Assembly (NCBI RefSeq): GCF_045131395.1
Contig: NZ_JBGUQY010000024.1
Coordinates: forward strand, 86,069-150,068
Source: Fibrobacter sp.
GTDB lineage: Bacteria; Fibrobacterota; Fibrobacteria; Fibrobacterales; Fibrobacteraceae
DNA: 64,000 nt
Reading direction: 5' to 3'
Shown here: piece by piece, positions 18,969 to 28,610 of the stretch
Layout of the letters: every line of letters starts with the position of its first letter
Position numbering within the stretch: position 1 is the first letter of the stretch
Translations under genes and position numbers: made by a program
Notes under the pieces: generated by a model
The model's database searches: none
What the model saw: only the letters and a program-made list of their open reading frames with translations
Told to the model about the DNA's origin: nothing

Positions 18969-20143
18969 GCTCTCACCCTTTTTAATTGTCTAACAATAAA
19001 GTTCGGAACCATCCGACGAACAATTGTACGAATTTTATTTTTTAGATAAATTAAATCAAACAACTGGACACTTCTCTTTAAACCTACTAAAAGAAAAAGA
19101 ATGTTCAAAAAATCATATTGAAATGGCTTTGGAGTCGGGAATTTTAAAGTATCATTCCCTGCGACCGCTTCTGCAAGGGATCTTTCTTGCAGCACAATCT
19201 TATTTTTTATCAAGGACAACATCTCTTGTCCTTTTTCTGTATGAAGTAGCACCAAATTGACACCTTGCCTATGCAAATCATACTGTTCTACAATCTGTTT
19301 ATCTAACCCCCAAAAATCAGCCAGAGTCAAATCTCCAATTCGTTCACACTTCGCATAAGCACAAGAAAGGCAAGACGCTCGATACATTGTGTGTCTCATA
19401 AAGCTGAAAAAATATGGATCAACATATTGTCCCGACTTGTAAACAAGCTCTTTATTATCATTCCATAAGCAGAAATTACAATCGTAATCACCACCACGAA
19501 AAGTGATATCGCTAAAAGCCAAGCCCTTTCTTTGAAACGAAGCTATATGGTCTTGGAGCAGCTTCGGAGATGCCGCTCCATGACACAACAAATCACAAAT
19601 AAATAAGTTGTTTGTAAAATTTTCCGTAAATTTCTTTATAGCAGCGCATTGACAAGGCACGCCAACAAACAAAACCTTCTTGTCGTTTTTCAGTAAATCA
19701 AATATTGCTTTATAAGCATCTTTTGCAAAATAATTGTGAACATACTTTGATTTTCTTATTTTTTCCAATTCATTAACATCATTTGTAACGATCGTTGTGG
19801 CTCGTAAATCTTTATCCCATGCACAGCCTGCGACATATCCACCATGGGCAATAAACGTCTTCGCCAAAGTTGTTGCAATCCCCCCGGAAGCACTTTCAAA
19901 ATGATCATAATCATCCTTACTCCATGCAGCAAAACACGCTTCACTTGAATTTAGTACTAACGGAGCATTAACAGGACAACTTCTTTGGCACAAATTGCAG
20001 TCTACACATTTCTTTTGGTCAATAACAGGACGATAATGCAGTCCAACAAGTTCCAAACTAATAGCTGATTTAGGGCATTTAGCAGCACACAAACCGCATC
20101 CAGTACATTTATCTTCACTGCATATATTTTTCATAAAGCTCAT
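18965..20143 (-). CDS. 2x[4Fe-4S] ferredoxin domain / coenzyme F420 hydrogenase beta (FrhB)-like protein
   Basis: CTGCGLCAAKCP and CVDCNLCQRSCP clusters followed by an FrhB-like region. This family is common in polysaccharide loci. Confidence 0.65.
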   Translation of the reverse strand: MSFMKNICSEDKCTGCGLCAAKCPKSAISLELVGLHYRPVIDQKKCVDCNLCQRSCPVNAPLVLNSSEACFAAWSKDDYDHFESASGGIATTLAKTFIAHGGYVAGCAWDKDLRATTIVTNDVNELEKIRKSKYVHNYFAKDAYKAIFDLLKNDKKVLFVGVPCQCAAIKKFTENFTNNLFICDLLCHGAASPKLLQDHIASFQRKGLAFSDITFRGGDYDCNFCLWNDNKELVYKSGQYVDPYFFSFMRHTMYRASCLSCAYAKCERIGDLTLADFWGLDKQIVEQYDLHRQGVNLVLLHTEKGQEMLSLIKNKIVLQERSLAEAVAGNDTLKFPTPKPFQYDFLNILFLLVGLKRSVQLFDLIYLKNKIRTIVRRMVPNFIVRQLKRVRA

Positions 20144-20145
20144 CC

Positions 20146-21678
20146 TTACACACAAATTTGTTCACGAATTTTCGCAACAACAAGCGAACGCTCTTTGGAA
20201 TCTAATCCCAGTGCATATACAGCAAAAGCAACAGACAACACTGAAATTAATGAGCACACAATAAATCGCAACCATCCTATTTCCAACATTTGATGAAGCA
20301 CCAATGGTAAAACTATCGACACAACTACGACTATAAAAACTTTAAACAAAACCTTTTGTATATAAAGACCGACAGGCAAATTAATCTGACGATGAAGGAC
20401 AAACAATCTTGCACCAACACCAATGCAGGTCAAAATAAAAATACATAAAAAAACTGATTCAGGAATGTTTGTCAACTTTATTGCAAAATAGGTTATAATC
20501 ATAAATATGTATGATAAGCCGCATACATAAATTTGATATAATTTTAACTTTCCTGAAGCCAAATTTGCAGTGAACATAGGATTTATAAAAGCATCCAATA
20601 TCGACGTACACAATATAAATCGAATAAAATTAACTGTATGTGCAGGTACTGACCCGACACCTAACCATAGATTCAAAATAAATTCAGCTTCAATCATAAT
20701 AGGAAGCGACAACAGAAAGAGAAGATAAAAGCAATAACGTGAGCTAGCAAATACTAACGAAAAAGTCCTATTAATTTCCCCTGACGCATAAGATTTTATA
20801 ATTTGCGGATTAATGGCAGTTTGAACATTGTTTGCAAATTGTTTCACAACCCCTTCTACTTGGACCGCGACCCCTCTTGCTGCATTAACAACAGGTCCAC
20901 AGAATACATTTAAAAGAATGTTTACGCCCTGTGAATAGAAAACATAAGAAAAATTACCAAACATGCCCCATCCTGCAAACGAAAGAATTTCCTTAAACAA
21001 GGGCTTATTCCAAATGCGACGAAGCTTTGTTTCGGCAAAACGTTTTTTGCAATAGGCGAAGTAAATACAGAGGTCAAGAAACCCAACAAGCGAAAGCAAG
21101 CCCCCATAAGCAATCAGGCGGTCTGCCGTAACCCATTGCAGCGACAGGACTATGCCGAGTTTTAGAAACACGTCCATGATGGAGATATAGGCAAAGGCAG
21201 ACATTTTTTCATGCGCAATGACGCACGCGTTGTAGGGCACGTATAGAATATTGAAAAAAGTTGTCGCTATGGAGAACTGGAGCAGCCAAAAGCATGCCTG
21301 CATCCTATCTGGCGGAATTTGCATTTTGCTGTGCAAAAACCACAATCCGACAGTCTCACCCAAAAAGACAATGACGATTCCCAAAACCAAATGAACAACA
21401 GATGCCATATTGAATACGGTATTCAATACGCCATCGTCTTTTTTCCCGAGGTAGAACGTAATAAACCTTGTTGTCGCATTTATCATGGCGCCATTGATGA
21501 AGGTGAACATGGTAACGATTCCGCCGACAACATTATACAAGCCGTAATCGATGACCCCAAGCGTCTGGAGAACAACGCGTGACGTGTATAACCCGACAAC
21601 CATTGTGATGAACATGCGGATGTACATCAACAAAGTGTTTACAGCAATGCGTTTGTTGTTCTGGGAGTAGGTAGGCAT
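20146..21678 (-). CDS. wzx: Wzx-type polysaccharide flippase (MOP superfamily)
   Basis: 510-aa polytopic membrane protein with a typical Wzx N-terminus (NTLLMYIRMFITMVVGLYTSRVVLQTLG). Confidence 0.75.
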   Translation of the reverse strand: MPTYSQNNKRIAVNTLLMYIRMFITMVVGLYTSRVVLQTLGVIDYGLYNVVGGIVTMFTFINGAMINATTRFITFYLGKKDDGVLNTVFNMASVVHLVLGIVIVFLGETVGLWFLHSKMQIPPDRMQACFWLLQFSIATTFFNILYVPYNACVIAHEKMSAFAYISIMDVFLKLGIVLSLQWVTADRLIAYGGLLSLVGFLDLCIYFAYCKKRFAETKLRRIWNKPLFKEILSFAGWGMFGNFSYVFYSQGVNILLNVFCGPVVNAARGVAVQVEGVVKQFANNVQTAINPQIIKSYASGEINRTFSLVFASSRYCFYLLFLLSLPIMIEAEFILNLWLGVGSVPAHTVNFIRFILCTSILDAFINPMFTANLASGKLKLYQIYVCGLSYIFMIITYFAIKLTNIPESVFLCIFILTCIGVGARLFVLHRQINLPVGLYIQKVLFKVFIVVVVSIVLPLVLHQMLEIGWLRFIVCSLISVLSVAFAVYALGLDSKERSLVVAKIREQICV

Positions 21679-21683
21679 ATTGT

Positions 21684-22076
21684 CTAACTTAATATATCCG
21701 TTTCGGTTAATGGTGCGTATGGACCTTCCTTAACTTCTAAAATGACCGTTTGAGTAGCGAAAACTTCGACTCCATGCCAAACTCCTTTGGGGATGTGCAC
21801 GCCGAAGTTTTCCGAACCTGATTCAAGTAAAAAAGATTCCATTTCTTTTTTATTTGAATCAAAATAACTTACGGACAATTTTCCCTTTATAACGATTATC
21901 GTTTCAGCGGCGTTCTGATGACGATGAACAGGAATTTTTGTTCCTGGTTCCATAGCATTAAATAATCTTTGAACCGAATCGTTTGAGTCTTCGTGCAAGT
22001 TGAAGTTTGTACGAAGACGAGGCGATTCTTTTGCTTTCGTAGAAAGATCATTCAGCATTTTTTCAGTCAACAGCAT
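21684..22076 (-). CDS. WbuC-family cupin protein
   Basis: 130 aa with ESPRLRTNFNLH...IPVHRH...VWHGVEV, which is WbuC-like. Adjacent to gmd. Confidence 0.65.
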   Translation of the reverse strand: MLLTEKMLNDLSTKAKESPRLRTNFNLHEDSNDSVQRLFNAMEPGTKIPVHRHQNAAETIIVIKGKLSVSYFDSNKKEMESFLLESGSENFGVHIPKGVWHGVEVFATQTVILEVKEGPYAPLTETDILS

Positions 22077-22088
22077 TAAGGGGGGTCC

Positions 22089-23186
22089 TTACTTCACCAG
22101 CCCCTTTTCAAGGTATTCGGCGAGGTTAGTGCGGGTAACGCTAGCAACGTGATCGGCGGCAACCTTCTGCATATCGTGGTGAACCATAATCTGCACCAGC
22201 TGTTCGAATGTCGTTGTTTGTGGGTTCCAGCCAAGTTCCTTTTTGGCCTTGGTCGGATCTCCCCAGAGGTTCACCACGTCGGTCGGACGGTAGAAATCTT
22301 CGGAGACGGCAACAACGGTCTTGCCTGTTGCAATATCAACACCCTTCTCGTTCACGCCTTCGCCTTCCCAGCGGAGTTCGATGCCAGCATGGTGGAATGC
22401 GAGTGTCGCAAATTCCCGGACGGTGTGCTGCACGCCCGTGGCGATTACGAAGTCTTCGGGCTTGTCATGCTGCAGAATGAGCCACATACATTCCACGTAA
22501 TCCTTGGCATAACCCCAGTCGCGAAGACTGTCCAGATTGCCGAGGTACAGGCAATCCTGCTTGCCCTGGGCGATACGTGCAGCAGCAAGCGTAATCTTGC
22601 GGGTCACGAAAGTCTCACCACGGCGTTCGGATTCGTGGTTAAAAAGAATGCCGGAGCAGCAGAACATGTTGTACGCTTCGCGGTATTCCTTAATAATCCA
22701 GAAGCCATAGAGCTTTGCCACAGCATACGGGCTATACGGGTGGAACGGGGTTTTCTCGTTCTGCGGAACTTCTTCAACCTTACCGTAAAGTTCACTGGTT
22801 GACGCCTGGTAAATGCGGCAAGTCTTTTCGAGGTGGTTGGTACGAACAGCTTCCAACACGCGAAGGACACCAGTAGCATCAACATCAGCGGTAAATTCTG
22901 GAGAATCGAAGGAAACCTGCACATGGCTCTGTGCGGCGAGGTTGTAAATTTCAGTCGGCTGAACCTTGCCAACAACCTTCACGAGGCTCATGGAGTCGCC
23001 CATATCGGCGTAGTGCAAGTGGAAATTCGGTGTTCCCTCGAGATGGGCTATACGTTCGCGGTAATCCACCGAAGAACGACGGATAATGCCGTGAACCTCG
23101 TAACCTTTGGCAAGAAGGAATTCGGAGAGATAGGAGCCGTCTTGGCCCGTGACGCCAGTGATAAGAGCAACGTTACGCTTTGTCAT
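22089..23186 (-). CDS. gmd: GDP-mannose 4,6-dehydratase
   Basis: [33 protein letters not shown]...NLAAQSHV...YAVAKLY. Confidence 0.95.
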   Translation of the reverse strand: MTKRNVALITGVTGQDGSYLSEFLLAKGYEVHGIIRRSSVDYRERIAHLEGTPNFHLHYADMGDSMSLVKVVGKVQPTEIYNLAAQSHVQVSFDSPEFTADVDATGVLRVLEAVRTNHLEKTCRIYQASTSELYGKVEEVPQNEKTPFHPYSPYAVAKLYGFWIIKEYREAYNMFCCSGILFNHESERRGETFVTRKITLAAARIAQGKQDCLYLGNLDSLRDWGYAKDYVECMWLILQHDKPEDFVIATGVQHTVREFATLAFHHAGIELRWEGEGVNEKGVDIATGKTVVAVSEDFYRPTDVVNLWGDPTKAKKELGWNPQTTTFEQLVQIMVHHDMQKVAADHVASVTRTNLAEYLEKGLVK

Positions 23187-23196
23187 ATTGTTCCTT

Positions 23197-24378
23197 TTAT
23201 GCCTTTAGTGATTCCTTATACCAGTTGAAAAGTTTCTGTACGCCTTCGTCAATTTCGACCTTGTGAGTCCAGCCGAGACTGTGGAGTTTGCTCACGTCGA
23301 TGAGTTTGCGCGGTGTGCCATCAGGCTTGCTTGCGTCAAAGAACACTTCGCCTTCGAAGCCAACAGCCTTCACCACGAGTTCGCTGAGTTCACGGATAGT
23401 GAGTTCCTTGCCCGTACCCACGTTGATGTGGCAGTTACGAATTTCGCCAAGTTTCGGGATTGCTCCGCCACGGCCAGCGCTATGATTGCGGTCTACTGCA
23501 CCATCGACACTTGTACCATAATGTACGCTGGAGTACTTCTCGATGCCGATAATGTCGCTGAAGTTCACGTTCAAGAGCACATGCACAGAGGCATCCGCCA
23601 TGTCTTCGCTCCAAAGGAACTCGCGGAGCGGCTTGCCGGTACCCCAGAGAGTCACTTTGTTGTTCTCGATACCATACTTGGCGAGAACCTTCAGAATCTC
23701 ATCCTGCGAGGCGTTGCCATTGATGCCTTCGACCGGACGCTTGTCCATATCGACCTTGATGCTGTCCCAATCGTTGTCGTGGATAAGCTTCGCCAGATAC
23801 ACCTTGCGCATCATGGCGGGCATCACGTGGCTGTTTTCCAGGTGGAAGTTGTCGTTCGGACCGTAAAGGTTCGTGGGCATCACAGCGATGTAGTTGGTGC
23901 CATACTGCAGGTTGTAGCTTTCGCACATCTTGAGGCCCGCGATCTTTGCGATGGCGTATTCCTCGTTGGTATACTCAAGTTCGCTCGTGAGAAGGGCATC
24001 CTCCTTCATGGGCTGCGGAGCGTTCTTCGGGTAAATGCAGGTCGAACCAAGGAACAGGAACTTTTTCACGTTATGGGCGTAGGCTTCACTGAACACGTTG
24101 CACTGGATTTTCATGTTCATCATCATGAAGTCAGCACGATAGAGCGAGTTTGCCATAATGCCGCCGACGAAAGCCGCCGCAAGGACTACAGCATCGGGGC
24201 GTTCTTCGTCAAAAAACTTCTTGACGGCATACTGGTCCGTGAGGTCAAGTTCCTTATGAGTACGTCCGACGAGGTTATTGTACCCACGAGATTTAAGATT
24301 ATTCCAAATTGCAGAACCAACAAGTCCTTGGTGACCTGCAATGTATATTTTATCAGATAAACTAACATTTTTCGTCAT
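23197..24378 (-). CDS. fcl: GDP-L-fucose synthase (GDP-4-keto-6-deoxymannose epimerase/reductase), long form
   Basis: [14 protein letters not shown]...[10 protein letters not shown]...YAIAKIAG...[11 protein letters not shown]. At 393 aa it carries an insertion relative to the usual ~320 aa. Confidence 0.88.
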   Translation of the reverse strand: MTKNVSLSDKIYIAGHQGLVGSAIWNNLKSRGYNNLVGRTHKELDLTDQYAVKKFFDEERPDAVVLAAAFVGGIMANSLYRADFMMMNMKIQCNVFSEAYAHNVKKFLFLGSTCIYPKNAPQPMKEDALLTSELEYTNEEYAIAKIAGLKMCESYNLQYGTNYIAVMPTNLYGPNDNFHLENSHVMPAMMRKVYLAKLIHDNDWDSIKVDMDKRPVEGINGNASQDEILKVLAKYGIENNKVTLWGTGKPLREFLWSEDMADASVHVLLNVNFSDIIGIEKYSSVHYGTSVDGAVDRNHSAGRGGAIPKLGEIRNCHINVGTGKELTIRELSELVVKAVGFEGEVFFDASKPDGTPRKLIDVSKLHSLGWTHKVEIDEGVQKLFNWYKESLKA

Positions 24379-25421
24379 TATTGGAAAGCCTCAAAAACTG
24401 TTTTATATGGGACATACGGATTTTTTATTGGAGTATCATTAACAACGAGATTAATCACCAACATTAAAATATGAGACAAACAGAATATCCAATAAAAACC
24501 AATCTTATTTTTCACGACAGAATAAAAAAGAGGAACAGCAAAGCATACAAACATCATCATATAAATTGGCAATCGAAAAGCAATATGTCCAAGTCCACTA
24601 AAAATAATCGACATTAAAACACCCACAAATATTATATTAAGAAAGTAACTAAAATTTTCTGATTTCACTTTTTTTCTAATCATAAACAACGCGATGAAAA
24701 AGAATAAGAACATCAGCGATATTTTCGCCCCACCATCACCAACTTTATTACTTATATAATAGGCAAATTTTCCCCCAAAGCCAAGCATATAATCAATCAA
24801 AATGTATTTATAGCTCATTACCGCAATAATTATTCCCACATACATCTTTCTACTAAACAATTTATGGGGAATTAGGTTTATCAAAAAGAAAATAAAAGCT
24901 GAAGGATGAAATAAAGAAGCAGTCAATACAGATACCACATACCATACTTTTCTCTTATCAAATAAAAAAGTCAGAGCCACAAAACATATTGCAATAGCAC
25001 ACCATTGCCGAATAGTCGAATACGAGTCAAGAAAAAAATGTGGATACGCAAAACAACAAAGAAGAGATAATTCCGGTCTAGGAGAAATTTTAAAAAACGC
25101 ATATGCTAAGCATAATACAATTATAGACGACGTTATTATGAAGAACACATAGGGATTATGCATATAATTTGAAAAATCCAGTAATTTTTCTATCGCAAAG
25201 CCCATCCTTTCGTAATGAAAATCAAGCATTGCATAAGCTTCATAATTTTTTCCTCCCGCCAATGTAAAATACATTGGATAATCCCAACCAACATCAAAAC
25301 GAATAGCGGAAAAAACAAGAAGTATTATGCATCCCAAAATATAAAACCTCTTTTTCCCAGTCAAATAGAAAAAAAAGAAAACAAATGACAAAAAAAGAAA
25401 AAACAGTATCCAAAGCAGCAT
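24378..25421 (-). CDS. EpsG-family membrane protein (putative Wzy-like polymerase)
   Basis: Polytopic, with RFDVGWDYPMY near the N-terminus as in the EpsG family. Confidence 0.6.
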   Translation of the reverse strand: MLLWILFFLFLSFVFFFFYLTGKKRFYILGCIILLVFSAIRFDVGWDYPMYFTLAGGKNYEAYAMLDFHYERMGFAIEKLLDFSNYMHNPYVFFIITSSIIVLCLAYAFFKISPRPELSLLCCFAYPHFFLDSYSTIRQWCAIAICFVALTFLFDKRKVWYVVSVLTASLFHPSAFIFFLINLIPHKLFSRKMYVGIIIAVMSYKYILIDYMLGFGGKFAYYISNKVGDGGAKISLMFLFFFIALFMIRKKVKSENFSYFLNIIFVGVLMSIIFSGLGHIAFRLPIYMMMFVCFAVPLFYSVVKNKIGFYWIFCLSHILMLVINLVVNDTPIKNPYVPYKTVFEAFQ

Positions 25422-26590
25422 TATAAAAGAAATCCCTTTATTTTTTTCTCCGCATTTACAACATTTTTATACATCTCTGCAACAAAGGACAAAGCGTTTA
25501 TACGCAAACTTTCCCTAGTCGACTCTGATCTTAACAACCGGTCTATTACAAGAGCAAAGTCTTCGTAATCATCAGTTACAAAGAACGCTCTATTTTTCCC
25601 ACTTTCCAATCCTTGCGCACCAACAGATGTAGTAACAAGCGGTTTGCCATACATCAAAGCTTCGACACATTTTATTTTCAGACCTCCACCCATAAATATT
25701 GGATTGACAAAAATTTGATTATCTCGATATATTACTTCATTATTTTCAACAAAACCATGAGTGAATACATTTCTTTCTTTTTTTGCATAATTGGAAACGT
25801 TTCCATAAACATGAAATTCTGCTGTAGGATTTTTCATCAAAACAACAGGCCAAACTTTCGTAATAAACCAATCTACAGATTTTATATTAAAGTCAATAGC
25901 AGAACCAATAAAAGCGACACGATTGTTTCCTCCATCTAAAAAATCAGCAGATTTTGGCTTTAAAAGAGGAAAATACGGATATTCCATCACATTTTTTAAA
26001 TCTTTTGAAAACAAATCAAAATCACGACCGTTTATAGCCAAAACACAATCCGCTTTTTCTAAAGCCCTAATTTCTTCTTTTTTGGTTATTTGAAAATCAT
26101 AATTCAAGCCTATTTTTGCAAATGATTCGCACCGATCATATTGGACATCATGCGTGTCAACAACTTTCAATACATTTGAAGGAACAACATCAAACAAATA
26201 AGTAAGCCATACATACTCCACCCATAACACATCATATTGTTCCTCAAAACACTTTTTCTTTATAACACTCTCTAAATTCTTATCCATTCTCGTTTCAATC
26301 GACCCTGATTTACGAAGACGCTTCAAATAAGGCCGTAAAAAAGGAACATACTTCGTAACAATACTTTTAATATTATTTTTTATTTCCAATTTCCAACAAC
26401 GAATGTTATAAATATTTGAAAAAAATTTGCCTTCTAATCTTTCCCGATTTTTTCGAGAAATTTTTCCATTATAAAATAAAGAAACATCCGCATTATTGCG
26501 CAACATTTCCAAAATCTGCGAAATTCTCTGTTCATTTCCCGCAGATTTTTTCCAAAAGGGAACATCTGTCACAAAAGCAATTTTTTTCAT
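25421..26590 (-). CDS. glycosyltransferase family 4-like (GT-B)
   Basis: C-terminal FVNPIFMGGGLKIKCVEALMYGKPLVTT motif (E-x7-E region). ATG at 26590; the ORF-track start at 26599 is TTG. Confidence 0.7.
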   Translation of the reverse strand: MKKIAFVTDVPFWKKSAGNEQRISQILEMLRNNADVSLFYNGKISRKNRERLEGKFFSNIYNIRCWKLEIKNNIKSIVTKYVPFLRPYLKRLRKSGSIETRMDKNLESVIKKKCFEEQYDVLWVEYVWLTYLFDVVPSNVLKVVDTHDVQYDRCESFAKIGLNYDFQITKKEEIRALEKADCVLAINGRDFDLFSKDLKNVMEYPYFPLLKPKSADFLDGGNNRVAFIGSAIDFNIKSVDWFITKVWPVVLMKNPTAEFHVYGNVSNYAKKERNVFTHGFVENNEVIYRDNQIFVNPIFMGGGLKIKCVEALMYGKPLVTTSVGAQGLESGKNRAFFVTDDYEDFALVIDRLLRSESTRESLRINALSFVAEMYKNVVNAEKKIKGFLL

Positions 26591-26595
26591 TGGAC

Positions 26596-27354
26596 TCAAG
26601 AAGCCTTCTTACAGATTTTTCGCTTCAAAAAGTTAAAGCCCTTCACTATCCAATTCTGTTTTTCCATAAATATACAGGGCAATTCTTTGAACTTCACGTT
26701 CTTCGTTTCTATCCACACATCTAGCAAGCGTTCACTCACGAAACCAAACACACGCGCATCGTAATTGTTGTAGTTTGATATATCGAGTTGTGATTCCAGT
26801 TCGAACAATATCGAAAACATCCATTCGCAATAATCCCTAAACAGTTCTCGCGTCATAATAAACATATTAAAGCGATGGCCTATCGTACGCTTCATATAGG
26901 CATCATAGGCCGGAATATATTCAGGATACCTATTTGCAATAATTTCACGAGTTTTATCCAAATCAATCGCATGATGCGCATGCGCATACTGAGAATAATT
27001 TGTTTCTATAAAATAATTTCGAGGTTTGGGCAAAATCACGTCATAATTTTCAGTCAACGAAGACAACTGTTCCGATGTCAAAATTGACATCCACTTATCT
27101 GCACTTTTTTTCAGAGCAAAATGACGACGATAATGAACCAAGCCCAAATAATCGGCATCAAGGTGTTTCCAAGCCCAAAATAATCCAGTCAATTCACAAT
27201 AATGCTTATTTTTTGAACTAATATTTTCACCATTATTATCGCGAAGATACCCCAAAGAATCTTTACCCTCTGCACCAACTTGTACGGGAACATACATTGA
27301 ATCAGACGGCATTTGATAGGCCTTATGCGTAGCAACAATTATTTTGACGTTCAT
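26596..27354 (-). CDS. DUF4422-type glycosyltransferase
   Basis: IIVATHKAYQMPSD..YVPVQVGAEGK...CELTGLFWAWKH...YLGLVHYRRHF. ATG at 27354 overlaps the upstream stop. Confidence 0.7.
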   Translation of the reverse strand: MNVKIIVATHKAYQMPSDSMYVPVQVGAEGKDSLGYLRDNNGENISSKNKHYCELTGLFWAWKHLDADYLGLVHYRRHFALKKSADKWMSILTSEQLSSLTENYDVILPKPRNYFIETNYSQYAHAHHAIDLDKTREIIANRYPEYIPAYDAYMKRTIGHRFNMFIMTRELFRDYCEWMFSILFELESQLDISNYNNYDARVFGFVSERLLDVWIETKNVKFKELPCIFMEKQNWIVKGFNFLKRKICKKAS

Positions 27355-28352
27355 TACACCAGTTCCTTTTCTTTGCAATCCTTATACCAATCCTTAAACG
27401 CATCTTCTAGCGAATAAGAAAGCGGATAATTCTGTGCTAGTTTTTGGCCATCAATATTCGTGCTAACCATAAGTTTCTTCACACGAGCTGGACAAATACC
27501 GAGCCCAAGTCCACCAAGACCACCACAAATAGTTGCAGCAACCATCATCGGTTTATGAGGAATAAAAGGAATCCAACGTTTCATGCCTGTAGCCTTAAGC
27601 ATGGTATTCGCAATCTGCTCAATGGTAAACGAAGGATAATAGCAACAATTATGCAATTGAATACGGTCCGCAGATTCATTTTCTGCCATCGCCAACATCA
27701 CGCGAGCAAGGTCCTTCACGTAGATACAAGCTTTGACAGTATCTTTACGTCCAGCATAAGCAAACTTGTGACACTTTAGGCCTTTATACAAACGAGTCAT
27801 ATTGCCATGTTCACCGGTGCCAAACACAATTCCTGGACGAACAATAGATAGTCTGTGGTCTTTATTTTCAGCGGCCCATTCACGATGAATTTTCTCCGCA
27901 ACCAGCTTCGAAATTCCATAGGGGGTGTTGGGCGTAGGGAGAGTCTCTTCCGTTTTGAGCTCTTCTGCTGCTCCATAGGGGGCAATACTGCTGGTAAATA
28001 CTATGTTTTCGATTCCATGCTTGCGAGCAAAATCGCAAACATTTTCGGCACCACGAATGTTCGTTTCGAAATAAGCATAATCCGGGTGACCCGGCGTGCG
28101 ATGAATCGCGGCAAAATTGAAAATCAACGTATTCTTGCCGAAAGAGCCCTGCATTTCGATGGGGTTACGAACATCAACCCGTTGGTAAACGGTTGCCTCG
28201 TCACGACGATTCTCACAAAGACGTTCATCCGCAAGCAAGTCCGCAATATAAATCTTTGCGTTCGGGTATTTTTCACGCAGTAATTTAGCCGTGTGGGTTC
28301 CGATAAAGCCACAACCACCAAAAATAATGAACGAGTTAAACAGCATAGTCAT
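27354..28352 (-). CDS. NAD-dependent epimerase/dehydratase (extended SDR)
   Basis: IIFGGCGFIGTH Rossmann motif and YGISKLVAE (YxxxK). First gene of the minus-strand glycan operon. Confidence 0.8.
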   Translation of the reverse strand: MTMLFNSFIIFGGCGFIGTHTAKLLREKYPNAKIYIADLLADERLCENRRDEATVYQRVDVRNPIEMQGSFGKNTLIFNFAAIHRTPGHPDYAYFETNIRGAENVCDFARKHGIENIVFTSSIAPYGAAEELKTEETLPTPNTPYGISKLVAEKIHREWAAENKDHRLSIVRPGIVFGTGEHGNMTRLYKGLKCHKFAYAGRKDTVKACIYVKDLARVMLAMAENESADRIQLHNCCYYPSFTIEQIANTMLKATGMKRWIPFIPHKPMMVAATICGGLGGLGLGICPARVKKLMVSTNIDGQKLAQNYPLSYSLEDAFKDWYKDCKEKELV

Positions 28353-28610
28353 CCAAAGTAAATATTATACAACAATTTACATATATATGGAGAACTTACA
28401 AGGGGTATGTACAGAAAAGTGTTGAAAATCTGTCATTTTTCAGTTTTGGGCAAATTGACCTATGGTCGTGGTCTAACAAGCTTGCAGCAGGCAAAAAGAT
28501 CTTTATTGGGCTTTTTTATCATTTTTTTTATAAAAATGACGTTTTTTGACATTTTATATAACACTTTCGCTAATAAAGATATATATTGAAACAAATTTCA
28601 AGGGAAATTT

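Noticed and set aside
22149-24360. Plus-strand ORFs opposite gmd and fcl (22149..22802, 23263..24360 and others)
   Set aside because: These are shadow ORFs of unambiguous gmd and fcl coding sequences.
28353-28610. Clear promoter calls in the divergent spacer between the glycan operon and the third CotH gene
   Set aside because: Only weak matches were found (a TTGACA with a poor -10, and TACTTTG with the wrong spacing). This is not enough to annotate.
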